Position numbers and translations under genes: made by a program. Positions 24,144 through 35,605 of a stretch of DNA of 64,000 nt are shown in pieces. Source of the DNA: Hemiscyllium ocellatum (taxonomy: Eukaryota). Positions within the stretch are counted from its first letter, which is position 1, and the number at the start of each line of letters is the position of its first letter. Where the stretch lies: the NCBI RefSeq assembly GCF_020745735.1, contig NC_083424.1, positions 18,400,999-18,464,998 of the forward strand, read 5' to 3'. The notes below the pieces were generated by a model, which searched no databases, was not told the DNA's origin, and saw only the letters and a list, made by a program, of their open reading frames with translations.

Positions 24144-24772
24144 TGTTATGGACTGGGCCAAACCCCCTCAAAACATTTCAAGAAAGTAATCCTGACCCTA
24201 ACTTTGCTAGTTGTTAAAAGCAGGTGTACAGTGGATATTCCAGTAGAGATGCAGCTAGTCAAACCACTTAGTTTTGAACAAAACATAGTTTATTTACAAG
24301 ATCACCAAATGAAACACAAACAGAAGAGAACAGAATACCGTGAAACAACCTATTTGAAAACCCAACAGATTATCTCAACTTAATGATGCCGTTCGTAATA
24401 CTTGCAATAATCCCATAGACATCCGTTGGCACAAAAGGTAAAATCTAACACAGGGTCTTACAGGAGAGGAGTCAGAGAGAGATCAGCATGGACCTGCTTC
24501 TTTACGGTCCAGCAGCTTTTCAAGTATACTGCTAAACACCAAGCCAAACCAAACCTGGGAAAAGATGAGCCGGGAGAACTAGCCACTCCCCTTTCATTGT
24601 TTAAGTTTTGTTTAACTGAAAAGCCTTCTACCCGAGGCAGTATCGGTTAGCTATAATCAGAATGGCCCTGAATCCCTTCAACATAGACTTTTTGGATACT
24701 GTGTCTTTTATGACTTCTCTGAAAAAGAAGCCAAGGACACCATAACCTTGTTAAAGGAGCAGCATTGTCAGA
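24144..24772 (-). mobile_element. Solo LTR (Gypsy-type) with 4-bp TSD
   Basis: Reverse-complement homologue of 26877-27541; CAGT on both sides (24140-24143 and 24773-24776). Confidence 0.75.
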
Positions 24773-24779
24773 CAGTGCC

Positions 24780-25640
24780 TTGATTGTTGCCAGGTGAATC
24801 ATCTGTTTTCATTTCTTTCACCAAATGCTTGAGCAGACATAACCGAACAGCTTACATTTGACAGTCAACCACATTGCTATCGGTCTGGAGTCACATGTAG
24901 GCCAGACCAGGTAAAGATGGAGAATACCCTTCTTTAAAGAACATTATCAAAAAACCCACTTATTTCACTAATCAACATTGGCTTATTGGTCACCATTAGA
25001 TTCACTTTTAATTCCAGATTTTATTAACTGAATTCAAATTTCAGCTTCTGCAGTTGTGGGATTCAGACCATTGGCCTGGGTCTTTGGATTACTTGTCCAG
25101 TGAAGACACCACTCAACACTTGACAAAGCCTCTCCACCATCTACAAAATTCAAGTTAGGAGTGTGATGGAATATTCCTTATTTGCCTGAATGGGTGCAGC
25201 TTTAGCAATACTCAATACCACTAGGACAAAGAATGCTGCTTTATTGGCACCCCATTTAATACCATCAATGTTCTCTCCCTCCAATGCACAGTGACAACTG
25301 TGTATACTATTTACAAGCTGCATTATGACAACTCAAATGGGTTGTTGAGATGGTACCCTCCAAATCTGCTACCTCTACCACCTAGAAGGACAAGCATAGT
25401 AAATGTGCTGGGACATTATCACCTGCAAGTTCCCCTCCAAGTAACACACCATCATGACACGATGATATTGTCATTCATTCACTGTTGCTGGGTCAACAGT
25501 TTGGAATGCCCTTCCTAACAGCACTGTGACTGTATCTACACCTCAAGGACTGCAGCAGTTCAAGATGATAACTCATCACTACCTCCACAAGGGCAATTAG
25601 AGATGGGCAATAAATGTTGCTCCAGCCAACTAAGCTGACA
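24780..25640. mobile_element. Old CR1/L2-group LINE and SINE fragments
   Basis: catctacaa...ggagtgtgatggaatattcc...ggactgcagcagttcaag...agggcaattagagatgggcaataaatg tail, which also occurs at 63505-63690. Confidence 0.6.
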
Positions 25641-26029
25641 TCCCGTGAAAGAATAAACAAAATGTTAAATGATTTTTGCTAGTCTTTTGTGTGAGGGCCT
25701 CTGCCATACCTTAACAAAGTCTCACTTTCATCAAGTTTCATAAAGAGTTTCTCTCTGCAAGGTTGTGAGTTTTCTCACGTGATTGCCCCCAACTTGCCTC
25801 ATTGACTACCTACACCTACATGACAACCATCTCATTCAATGCCTGCCTAATCCTCTTACTCTTCGTAGCCAGAGAAACGTGCCACTGCCTAGATATCACA
25901 ACATATACTGGCAGCCCTGACATTGCCACCATACCTAAAATGCCAGTGTGCATCTAGCTAAGTGCTGGCAGTTGTTCACTGCTGCCTTGCACCATCTCAT
26001 TCATTCTTCCTGTGAATAGTGGCGAGGAT

Positions 26030-26540
26030 AAACTGATAGTGTGGTTTACACACAAGAAACTGCAGGTCCTGGTGGATGGGGTGCTGTGGAGGTGGAATGT
26101 TTAGCACAAGAGGCCACAACACCAGACCCTACCAGATTGTGCCAAGGTCACCACCTGGGTCATTACAGTATTAAAGGTCTGGAGAAATGCCCAAAGTGCA
26201 GGAAGAGGGTGAATAACCTCCTCCATTCAACCAGGGTAAGGGCCACCAACCTATCTCTGTTACCCCATACTCATTCTCTCTTTGCTACTACACCCACCTC
26301 CCACCAAGGCTCTATTTCTGGCACTATTGCCTGCAACATCTTCCCTCACTCATTGTTACTCACCCCAATTTCCTGACACTAGTAACTCTGTATAGCCTCT
26401 GCACTATCTATTCATTGACACCTCCCCCAGCTCTAACAAATGTGCAACATCCCTTCATATCACTCATTCCTTTCTTCTCTGATTGCAGAGAAAAACAGCC
26501 CATTAAGTGCTGAAATAGCCAGGATGGTTGCAGAAACATA
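26030..26540 (+). mobile_element. Degenerate Harbinger Myb/SANT-like gene fragment (two exons)
   Basis: FTHKKLQVLVDGVLWRWNV...QHQTLPDCAKVTTWV...CRKRVNNLLHSTR then GTAAG; later acceptor gattgcAG followed by EKTAH. Same family as 4390-4625. Confidence 0.55.
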
Positions 26541-26876
26541 CTGTAACTGGGTTAAAAATGTGCCGTGAGGATGCAGAGAGCTGTTGGATGCCAGAGTTTG
26601 TGGACATGGGCTGCTTGCAGCTGCTGCCCAAGTAGCATAGCCTGAGACATTGACAGTGGGTGTGGAAGATGGAGGTCTGGAAGAGCTGGAATCACCAGAT
26701 ACCTGCTCTGACTTTTATGTTGGAAAACCTCAGTGTCTAGATTTCATGTGGCATGTGGTAGAATGGGAACCTGCACATTAATGAGACAAGCCGAGATAAT
26801 AATGAAGATGATACTGAATGATAATCCCGGTTAATAGTCAACTTGTCAGTCAGTAGTGGGAATCTCATCTCTGCAC

Positions 26877-27541
26877 TGTGATGATGCTGCTCCTTTAACA
26901 AGGTTATACTGCCCTTGACTTTTCTTTTCAAAGAGGTCATAAAAACAATGAATCCAAAGAGGTTGGCTTGGATAGGAACTAGGACAAAATTGACCATAGC
27001 TAGTAGATTCTGCCTCAGACAAAAGGATTTCGAATTCTTACAAGAAACATTTGTAAAATGAAAGAGGAGTGGCCAGTTCTCCCAGATCAGCTTTTCTCTG
27101 GTTTGTTTTTTTTAAAAAAGCAGTCTGGCTGCTTACTGAAAGCAGGAAGTCAGTTTGAGGCTGCCTGTCCAATAAACAGCTGCATGGAAGAGGGTGTTCA
27201 ATGCTATCATCTCTCTCTCCTGTAAGAACCTGGGTTTGATTTTGCCTTTTGTGCCAAGGGGTGTTTAAGGGGATTGTTGCAAGTATTTAGAACAGCATTA
27301 TTAAGTTGGTATAACCTGTTGGGTTTTCAGACAGTTTAAGTTATTCAATATTCTGTTCTCTTTCCTTTGTGTTTCATTCCATAATCTTGTAAATAAATTC
27401 TGTTTTGTTGAAAACTAAGTGGTTTGACCAGCTGCATCTTTCCTGGAATGTCCACTTTACACTTATTTAAACATCTAGAAAAATTAGGGTCCGGGCTATT
27501 TTCTTGACATGTTTTGAGGGGGTCTGGCCTGGCCCATAACA
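26877..27541 (+). mobile_element. Solo LTR (same family as 24144-24772)
   Basis: TGTGATG...CATAACA termini with an internal AATAAA near 27392. Confidence 0.75.
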
Positions 27542-27711
27542 ACATCTAGAACCTAATCGGAAAATGCAACTTGTTTCTCCTGATGTCAATAAAGGCCTCA
27601 CTCAACTTTTCACTCAATTCTTCCACATCTCTTTTCATGAACCAAAGGGTCAGCATGGACTTGATGGGCTGAATAGCCTGTTTCCACACTGTAGAGATTC
27701 TATGATTCTAA

Positions 27712-30700
27712 AATGTCCAGTGAAGTTATATGGGTGGAACTGAAAAATAGGACAGAGATGATAATCTTATTGGGATTGTACTATAGATTCCCCAATAGTC
27801 AGTGGGAAATTGAGAAGCAAATATGTAAGAATAACTCAAATATGTGTAGGAATAATGGGGGTTGTAATGTTGAGTATTTTAACTTTCTAAACAAAGATTG
27901 GGACTGCCACGATGATAAAGGTTTGGATGGAGAAAAATTTGCTAAATGTATACAAAAAAATAGTGGATGTGCCTATTAGAGAAGGAACAAAACATGACCT
28001 CTTGGGAAATAAGGCAGGGCAAGTGACTGAGGTGTTAGTGGGGGAACACTTTGAGGCAAGTATTTATAATTCAATTCGTTTTAAAATAGAAAGGGAAAGG
28101 ATAGATCTGATCTAAAAGTTAAAGCTCCAAATGGAAATAAGGCCAATTTTGATGGTATTAGGTAAGAACTTTCAAAGGTTGTTTGGGGGAGGCTGTTCAC
28201 AGGTAAAGGGATGGTTGGAAAGTGGGAGGCATTCAAAAGTAAGATCACAAGAGTTCAGAGCCAGTATGCTCCTGGTAGTGCAAAGGGCAAGGCTGGTAGG
28301 TGGAGGGAATGCTAGACGATGAGAAAAATTGAAACTGTGGTCACGAAAAAGGAGGACGCGCATGTCAGGTATAGACAGCTGGGATTGAGTGAATCCAAAG
28401 TGGAGTAAAAGGGTAGCAAGAAGAATACTTAAGAAGGAAATCAGGAGAGCAAAAAGGGGACATGAGATAGCTTTGCCAAATAGGGGTACAGAGAATCCAA
28501 AGAGATTCTACAAATATATTAAGGTCAAAGGAATAACTAGGGAGAGAATGGGGCCTCTTTAAGATCAATGAGGCTACCTATGCATGAAACTGCAGGATAT
28601 GGGTGAGATACGAAAAGAGTATTTTGCATCAGTATTTACTGTGTGGGAGAATATGGAAGCTAGGGAGCTCTAGGAAATAAATAGTGGCATCTTGAAAAGT
28701 GTCCATACTATAGAGCATAGAATGTTGCAGTGCAGTACAGGCCCTTCTGCCCTCAATGTTGCACTGATCTGTGAAATTAATCTGATGCCCATCTAACCTA
28801 CACCATCCCATTATTATCCATTTGTATGTCCAATGCCCATTTAAATGCCCTGAATATTGGCGAGTCTACTACTGTCGCAGGCAGGTCGTTCATGCCCCTT
28901 CTACTCTCTGAATGAAGAAACTACCCCTAATATTTGTCCGAAATCTATCACCCCTCAATTTAAACTATGTCCCTACGTGTTAGCCTTCACCATTTAAGGA
29001 AAAATGCTCTCACTGTCCACCCTATCTAACCCTCTGACTATGTTGTACACCTCAACTGAGTCACCTCTCAACCTTCTCTCCAGCGAAAACAGCCTCAGTT
29101 CCCTCAGCCTTTCCTTGTAAGATCTTCCTTCCATACCAGGCAACATCCTAGTATATTGCCTCTGAACCCTTTCCAAAGTTTCCACATCTTTCCTATAATG
29201 TGGTGACCAGAACTGTACGCAATACTCTCGGTGCGGCCTTAACGGTGCCTTGTACAGCTGAAGCGTGACCTTGTGGTTCCGAAACTCAATCCCCCTACCA
29301 ATAAACACCAACACACCATATGCCTTCTGAACAACTCTATCAACCTGGGTGGCAACTTTCAGGATTATGCACCAGAAGAGGAGCTGCTGGAGGTCTTAGA
29401 ATGCATAAAGCCCTGGGACCAGATCAGGTGCCAAGCAGTAGACATTGTCTATATGGACTTCAACAAAGTGTTTGACAAGGTTCTGCATGGTCGACTGGAT
29501 AGCAAGATTACTTCATATGGACTCTAGGGGGAGCTAGCCAATCAAGTACAAAACTGGTTTGAAGGTAGGAGACAGAGGGTGGTGGGAGAGGTTTGTTTTT
29601 TGGACTGGAGACCTGTGACCAGTGGTGTGATGCAAGGATCTGTGCTGGATCAACTGCTTTTTGTCATTATATAAATGACTTGGGTTGAATGGAGGAGACA
29701 TGGTTAGTAAGTTTGCAGAAGACATCAACATCGGTGGCATTGTAGACAGTGAAAAATGATATCTCAGAGTACATCAGAACCTTGAAAAGATGGTCGAATG
29801 GATTGAGGATTGATAGATGGAGTTTAATTTAGATAAATGAGAGGTGTTACATTTGGTAAGGCAAACCAGGCCAGGATTTATTCAGTTAATGGTACAGCCA
29901 TGGCGAACATTGCTGAACAAAGAGATGTAGGGGTGCAGGTGCCTTGTTCCTTGCAAGTGGAGTTGCAGGTAGACAGGGTAGCAAAGAAGGTATTTGGCAC
30001 GGTTGCCATCATTGGTGAATGCATTGAGTACAGGAATTGGGACATCATGCTGCAATAGTAAGGGACATTGGTAAGGTCACTTTCAGATTGCTGCATCCAA
30101 TTCTGGTTGCCCTTCTATAGGAAAGATGTCATTAAACTTGAAAGGTTTCAGAAAAACTTTTCAAGGATGTTGCTAGGATTCAAGGGTTGAGCTTGAACCT
30201 CATCTAGAGAGAGGCTGCATAGGGTGGGGCTGTTTTTCCCTGGAGCATCGGAAGCTATGGGATTATCTTGTAGAGGTTTATATAATCATGGCGGGCAAGA
30301 ATAGGGTGAAGAGAAAAGGTCTTTTCCCTAGGGTGGGAGAGTCCAGAACAAGAAGACATACATTTATAGTGAGAGGGGAATGATTTTAAATGGACCTGAA
30401 AGGCAGCATTTTCATGCAGAGGATAGTGCATGTATAGAATGAGCTGCCAGGAGAGGTGCCAGAGACTGACACATTCACAACATTCGAAAGACATCTAGAT
30501 TGGTACATGAATATGAAGTGTTTAGAAGGATATGGACCAAATGCTGGCAAATGAGGCTAGAATAGGTTAGGATATCTGGTCGGCGCATATAAGTTGGACA
30601 AAGGGTCTGTTCTGAAAATGTGTTGCTGGAAAAGCGCAGCAGGTCAGGCAGCATCCAAGGAACAGGAGATTTGACGTTTCGGGCATAAGCCCTTCTTCAG

Positions 30701-31165
30701 GAATGAGGAAAGTGCGTCCAGCAGGCTAAGATAAAAGGTAGGGAGGAGGGACTTGGGGGAGGGGCGTTGGAGATGCAATAGGTGGAAGGAGGTCAAGGTG
30801 AGGGTGATAGGCCGGAGTGGGGTGGGGGCGGAGAGGTCAGGAAGAAGATTGCAGGTTAGGAAGGCGGTGCTGAGTTCGAGGGATTTGTCTGAGACAAGGT
30901 GGGGGGAGGGGAAATGAGGAAACTGGAGAAATCTGAGTTCACCCCTTGTGGTTGGAGGGTTCCTAGGCTGAAGATGAGGCGCTCTTCCTCCAGCCGTCGT
31001 ATTGCTATGATCTGGCGATGGAGGAGTCCAAGGACCTGCATGTCCTTGGTGGAGTGGGAGAGGGATTTGAAGTGTTGAGCCACGGGGTGGTTAGGTTGTT
31101 TGGTCCGGGTGTCCCAGAGGTGTTCTGTTTCCATGTTGTATATCTCAATAACTCTGTGACTCTGT
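27712..31165 (+). mobile_element. Decayed CR1 ORF2 with a nested antisense CR1 (28706-29362) and a Penelope element (30612-31120)
   Basis: SSEVIWVEL...LGLYYR.PNS (EN), VDIVYMDFNKVFDKV.HGRL (RT) and 3' tail. The minus-strand insert reads RGIEFRNHKVTLQLYKAPLRPHREYCVQFWSPHY. Confidence 0.85.
30612..31120 (-). mobile_element. Penelope 3' fragment (same family as 5848-6858) with hammerhead motif at 30669-30704
   Basis: HPVAQHF...RRLEEERLIFSLGTLQPQGVN. Minus strand attcCTGAAGAagggcttatgcccGAAAcGTCaaat. Confidence 0.88.
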
Positions 31166-32819
31166 AACTTTCCTAGTAGTCCTTTAATGGCCACTTGGAT
31201 GATATAGGAGAATACTGCTGCACCAGTGAACCTTAACTCACCATCTCCTCACTGGCGAGAGTAAGCCTGGAGGTGAAATTAAAAGTATTGAACATACAAG
31301 AGTGAAAGACAAGGTAGACATGCAAGTGAATACACAGTGGAGATACGTCACTGTACTTGTTTCACAATTTGTTGCAGGAGCAGGGCTGGGAGCAGGTGTG
31401 ATCTTCACTATTGAGGTGCTGCTCAGGTGACAATCTGTTTATCGGTTCAGAAAGGAAGCCCCAGGGGCTGTCCAGAGAGTGCAGCAAGAAAACAATCCAA
31501 GCCCTACAATAACATCCGTAATCTTTTCAAACCTCTGGCCGTGAATTCAATGCCCTTGTTGAATCCCTTTGTCCTTGGTAAGTACAGTAAACATATCACA
31601 AATTGGGAAGTGTAAACACATCATTTGTCTACTTCTCAAACAGTCAGGATACTCAGCATTCTATAATATATAGAGATGTAGTCAGAACAGAAATCTCTAC
31701 ACCTACTTTGACAAAGAAAAGGATTTTTGAAAAGGTGGCTAAAAGCAAGTTGAAATCAGTAGCAGACTATTCTTTCTGATAAATATATCATACACAGGGG
31801 ATTCTAGCAGAAGTGAATCTTTAAACTTGATTTCATTGGATTAACGTGACAGCAGAGTATATTGGGATAACCAATCAGATTGTGTCAGGTATCAGATATT
31901 CTGATGTAACAAGGAAGGAGAGGAGAGGACTGCTGGAGATGTAGTGAGATAAAGAAGGGTAAACTTACTGTCAGAGAGAGGATTATTCGATGAGCAGAAA
32001 ATCAGAAACAAGGGAGTTGTACCAGAGGTAGTTTTACTCATTTATTAATCCAAATCTGAGACACTCTGTGAAAAGCAAAACAAAATACAAACTGCTCAAT
32101 GAGGTGATTCTGCAACGATTCTGCTGATCCACAGTTTCCTGGATTTGTGGTACTGGCAAAGACTGTGAGTTCGTTCTGTACTTTTGTATTAAACAAGTTG
32201 TTCTGAATTTCAGTAACAATTCACACAGGAGGAGGAGGAGGAGGCCATTCTCTCTGTGTCAGCTCTCTTTGATAGCAGCCAAACTAGCCCCTTGTTTTTG
32301 TAGATTTGCACATTTTTTTCACAACAGTTTTCAGAAAATCTTTTAATTCCCTTTTGAAACCCGTGACTGAATCTGCGTCAGCAACACTCAGGTGATGCAT
32401 TCCAAATGCTAAATGCTAAATGTAGATAAGTGTTTGCATATGTTGCGACTGATCCTTTTCAATGACTTTAAATTAGTATCCTCCATTTTATATTCGAGCA
32501 ATAGGAACAGCTTTTCCCTATTTATACTGTCCAGTTTGCTCACAATGTTGAAGACCTCTAGCAAATCACCTCTCACCCTTCTCTTCTATAAGCTTCAATC
32601 CTTTCTCCTAAGTGAACATTCTGATATCTTTAACCATCCTGTAAATCTCTTCTGCGCCATCTTTTAATGGTTCCACATTCTTCCTAAGTGCTGTGCCCAG
32701 AATTAAACATACCACTCAGTCAAGGCCAATCGTGTGTCGAATAAAGATTTACAATAACTTCTCAGGTTTGGGATTCTGTGCTTGGATTTATAAAGCCAAG
32801 GATCTCAGAAGCCTCATTG

Positions 32820-33160
32820 GGGTGGCACGGTGGCTTTGGGGCAGCATGGTGGCTCTGGGATGGCACGGTGTCTCAGTGGTTAGCACTGCTACCTCACAGT
32901 ACCAGGGGCCCGGGTTCGATTCCAGCCTTAGGTGACTGTCTGTGTGGAGTTTGCACATTCTCCCCATGTCTATGTGGATTTACTGTGGTTTCCTCTCACA
33001 GTCCAAAAGATGTGCAGGTCAGGTGAATTGGCCATGCTGAATTGCCCATAGTGTTAGGTGCATTAGTCAGAGGGAAGTGGGTCTGGATGGCTTACCCTTC
33101 GGTGGGTCGGTGTAGACTTGTTGGGCCGAAGGGCCTGTTTCCACACTGTAGGGAATCTAC
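32820..33160 (+). mobile_element. Shark SINE with a reiterated 5' head, within an old minus-strand CR1
   Basis: Three gg(t/c)(g/a)gca(c/t)ggtg(g)ct starts, then the standard SINE body and tail. Confidence 0.85.
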
Positions 33161-33459
33161 TTTCTCAATGTTTAAACATTTGAGTACATATACCTCTGCC
33201 CCTTTATTTTGTATCCTTTTTCAAAAGCTGTCTCTTCTCATTTTTCCCACCAAAATGAATCATTTCTGTGTTAAATTTCACTTGCTGCATAACCAACATT
33301 CCAGCAGCCTGTCTATGTTCTGTTGAAGTCTATCACTATTCTCCTCACAGTTCATCATTCTTCCAAATTTTGAGTGATTTACAAATTTTGAAATTATGCC
33401 CTGTAACCCAGATCCAGGTCACGAATGTAGACCAAGACAAGCAATGATTCTAATGTTCT

Positions 33460-33600
33460 GAGTTCTGAGGAAGGGCCACTGGATCCAAAACGTTAACTCT
33501 GATTTCTCTCCACAGATGCTGCCAGAGCTGTTGAGCTTATCCAGCAGATTCTGTTTTTGTTTCTGGTTTCCAGCATCCACAGTTCTTTTGGTTTTTATTT
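33460..33600 (+). mobile_element. Short non-autonomous Penelope-derived repeat with a degenerate hammerhead
   Basis: gttCTGAGGAagggccactggatccAAAACGTTaac followed by cagatgctgccagag...ccagcatccacag, as in Penelope pseudo-LTRs. Confidence 0.55.
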
Positions 33601-35605
33601 ACCATGATATACCATCCTTCAGTCTGAAAAGCAGGCATTCATTATTACTGCCTGACTCCTGTCAGTCAGCCAGCTTATACCACAGTGCCAATGAAACACC
33701 AAATATTATTTCTGGATGTTTTTTGTTTTTTTTCCAATTATCTAAACTTTTCTGAAATATGTTGGTCATGCCAGTATAGATGTTAATTTTGTAAATTAAT
33801 GCAGTCATCTCCACCTTGCCTGTCTACTCAAGGACTCTGTTTTCAGTCTCCTGTTCCCTTACAATTTTTGTTCCAATTTCTTCCTTCCTCCTTTGCTGAC
33901 CCCTCTGCCATTTTCAGCGTATATCTCCAAAGCTCAGTGTCTTTGCTAACCAGTTGTAGATCAGACTGTGCTGTGAATGACAGAACAACCCTGGATCCAG
34001 CTGAACATTCATTCTTTCCAGCAAAGGTCTGCAGGATGAACCTTGCGCAATCTTACACATTACAAACAAGGCGATGTTGAATCTGAGTGTTGCCCATCTA
34101 TCGCTGACATGAAAACAGTAACTTCATCAATAATGTTCATGATTGCTTAAAAATCACCCTGAAGCAGAGAGCTCAAACAGAATCACATCTCATTTGGCAC
34201 TGGTTTGAAAAGCTTTTGTTATTAATTTAAAACTCAGTCAAGGAAGAGATATGGAAAGCATAGAGCAGGTGAGATACAAAAATAGAGAGGGGCCTAAACT
34301 GTCCCGTATCCCTGGAGAATTATCCATGAGATTGCATCTATCTATCTGTCCGACTCCAATGATAAGCAGGAACAAGGGAGTAGGCCTCAGAGAGATTCTG
34401 CAGATTGCCCTGAACCAATAACATAAACTATTCCTTCCATGGCTACAAATAAGGATGAAACAAAATAAACATAAGGTGAGCTACAAGGCAGTCAGTCATG
34501 CTAGGAATCCGCCAAGGGGCTAACTATCAACTACATCCCTAAGGAGAGCTACATGAAGATCTTGATGATATTACTGAAAGAAAAGCCAGTTGGTTGAGAT
34601 AATGTGAATGATGTTCCTGTGAATCATGTACGAGGTTGTGTTGGTGGTGTTTAGGATGGGTGTCTAGTGAGCATGAAAACAGAATATACTGTTTGAAGGT
34701 CTCATTGAGCAGAGAATTAACTGGTGTTTATGTGGTTGAGAACTGAGAACAGGTTTTTAATCAGATTTTTGTGCGTTAAGTGGAATTACCGATCTGAAAA
34801 TTTGGTGGAGGCTCATTACACTGTGCATCTTTCTTTTCTCTTCCTACTTGATTTGTTAAGGGTGTTAGAGAATTTGATTTTGTGTTATCACTTGGGTTTG
34901 CTGGCGCCTCAATTTTTCTATTGGTGGATTTTCTGCCAGTAGCTTCCAAAGTGCTGTATTGGATTTTCCATGAGTGTGCCCTGCAGCCGTGCTTTTTGGA
35001 GGAAGGAGACAGGACCAATGAAGGAAGGTCAGACAGATCCTACTGAGTGTACCTACAGCACATACAAATGGGCTAAAGATGGATGTTATGTCCTGGTAGA
35101 TCTATTAATGTAAGACTGACTGAAGTATTCAGAGAGATCTATGAATTAAAAGCAACATAACTTCAAATGGTGGAAATCAGAGACTACAAAGCAGCTGGCA
35201 GCATATCACATGTCAGGATAACTGGAATCGATTGGAATTGTTAAAAATTATGAAAGGGTAAATATTGAAAGATTATTTTAATTTATCAGCTGATGGTAAC
35301 AACCAGAGGATAAGTTCTTCTCAGAAGAGGAAAGGAGGAAGATAGAAATATTTTTATTTGAAGTACAGATGTAATTGAAGCCAAATTAATCATAGCACTT
35401 CAAAGCAAATTTGATCAACATTCGAAGAAGAAAAACATTAAAAGCTAAAGAAATGTTAAAATAATGGGCTGAGTGGTCTTTATTTTTTAATCTATAAAAA
35501 TAACTCTTGATTGAAAAGGTAACTGTCATTTTCTCTCCAGATTTAGGAGCCAAAGGCTATTGAGCACTTGGATACAAAGAAAATTGAAGCTAAGTTGAGT
35601 AGACT

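Noticed and set aside
31427-31480. 'QKGSPRGCPES' resembling the P2X exon 3 end
   Set aside because: Upstream of P2RX2 exon 1, no other P2X similarity, and the true exon 3 is at 58117-58188.
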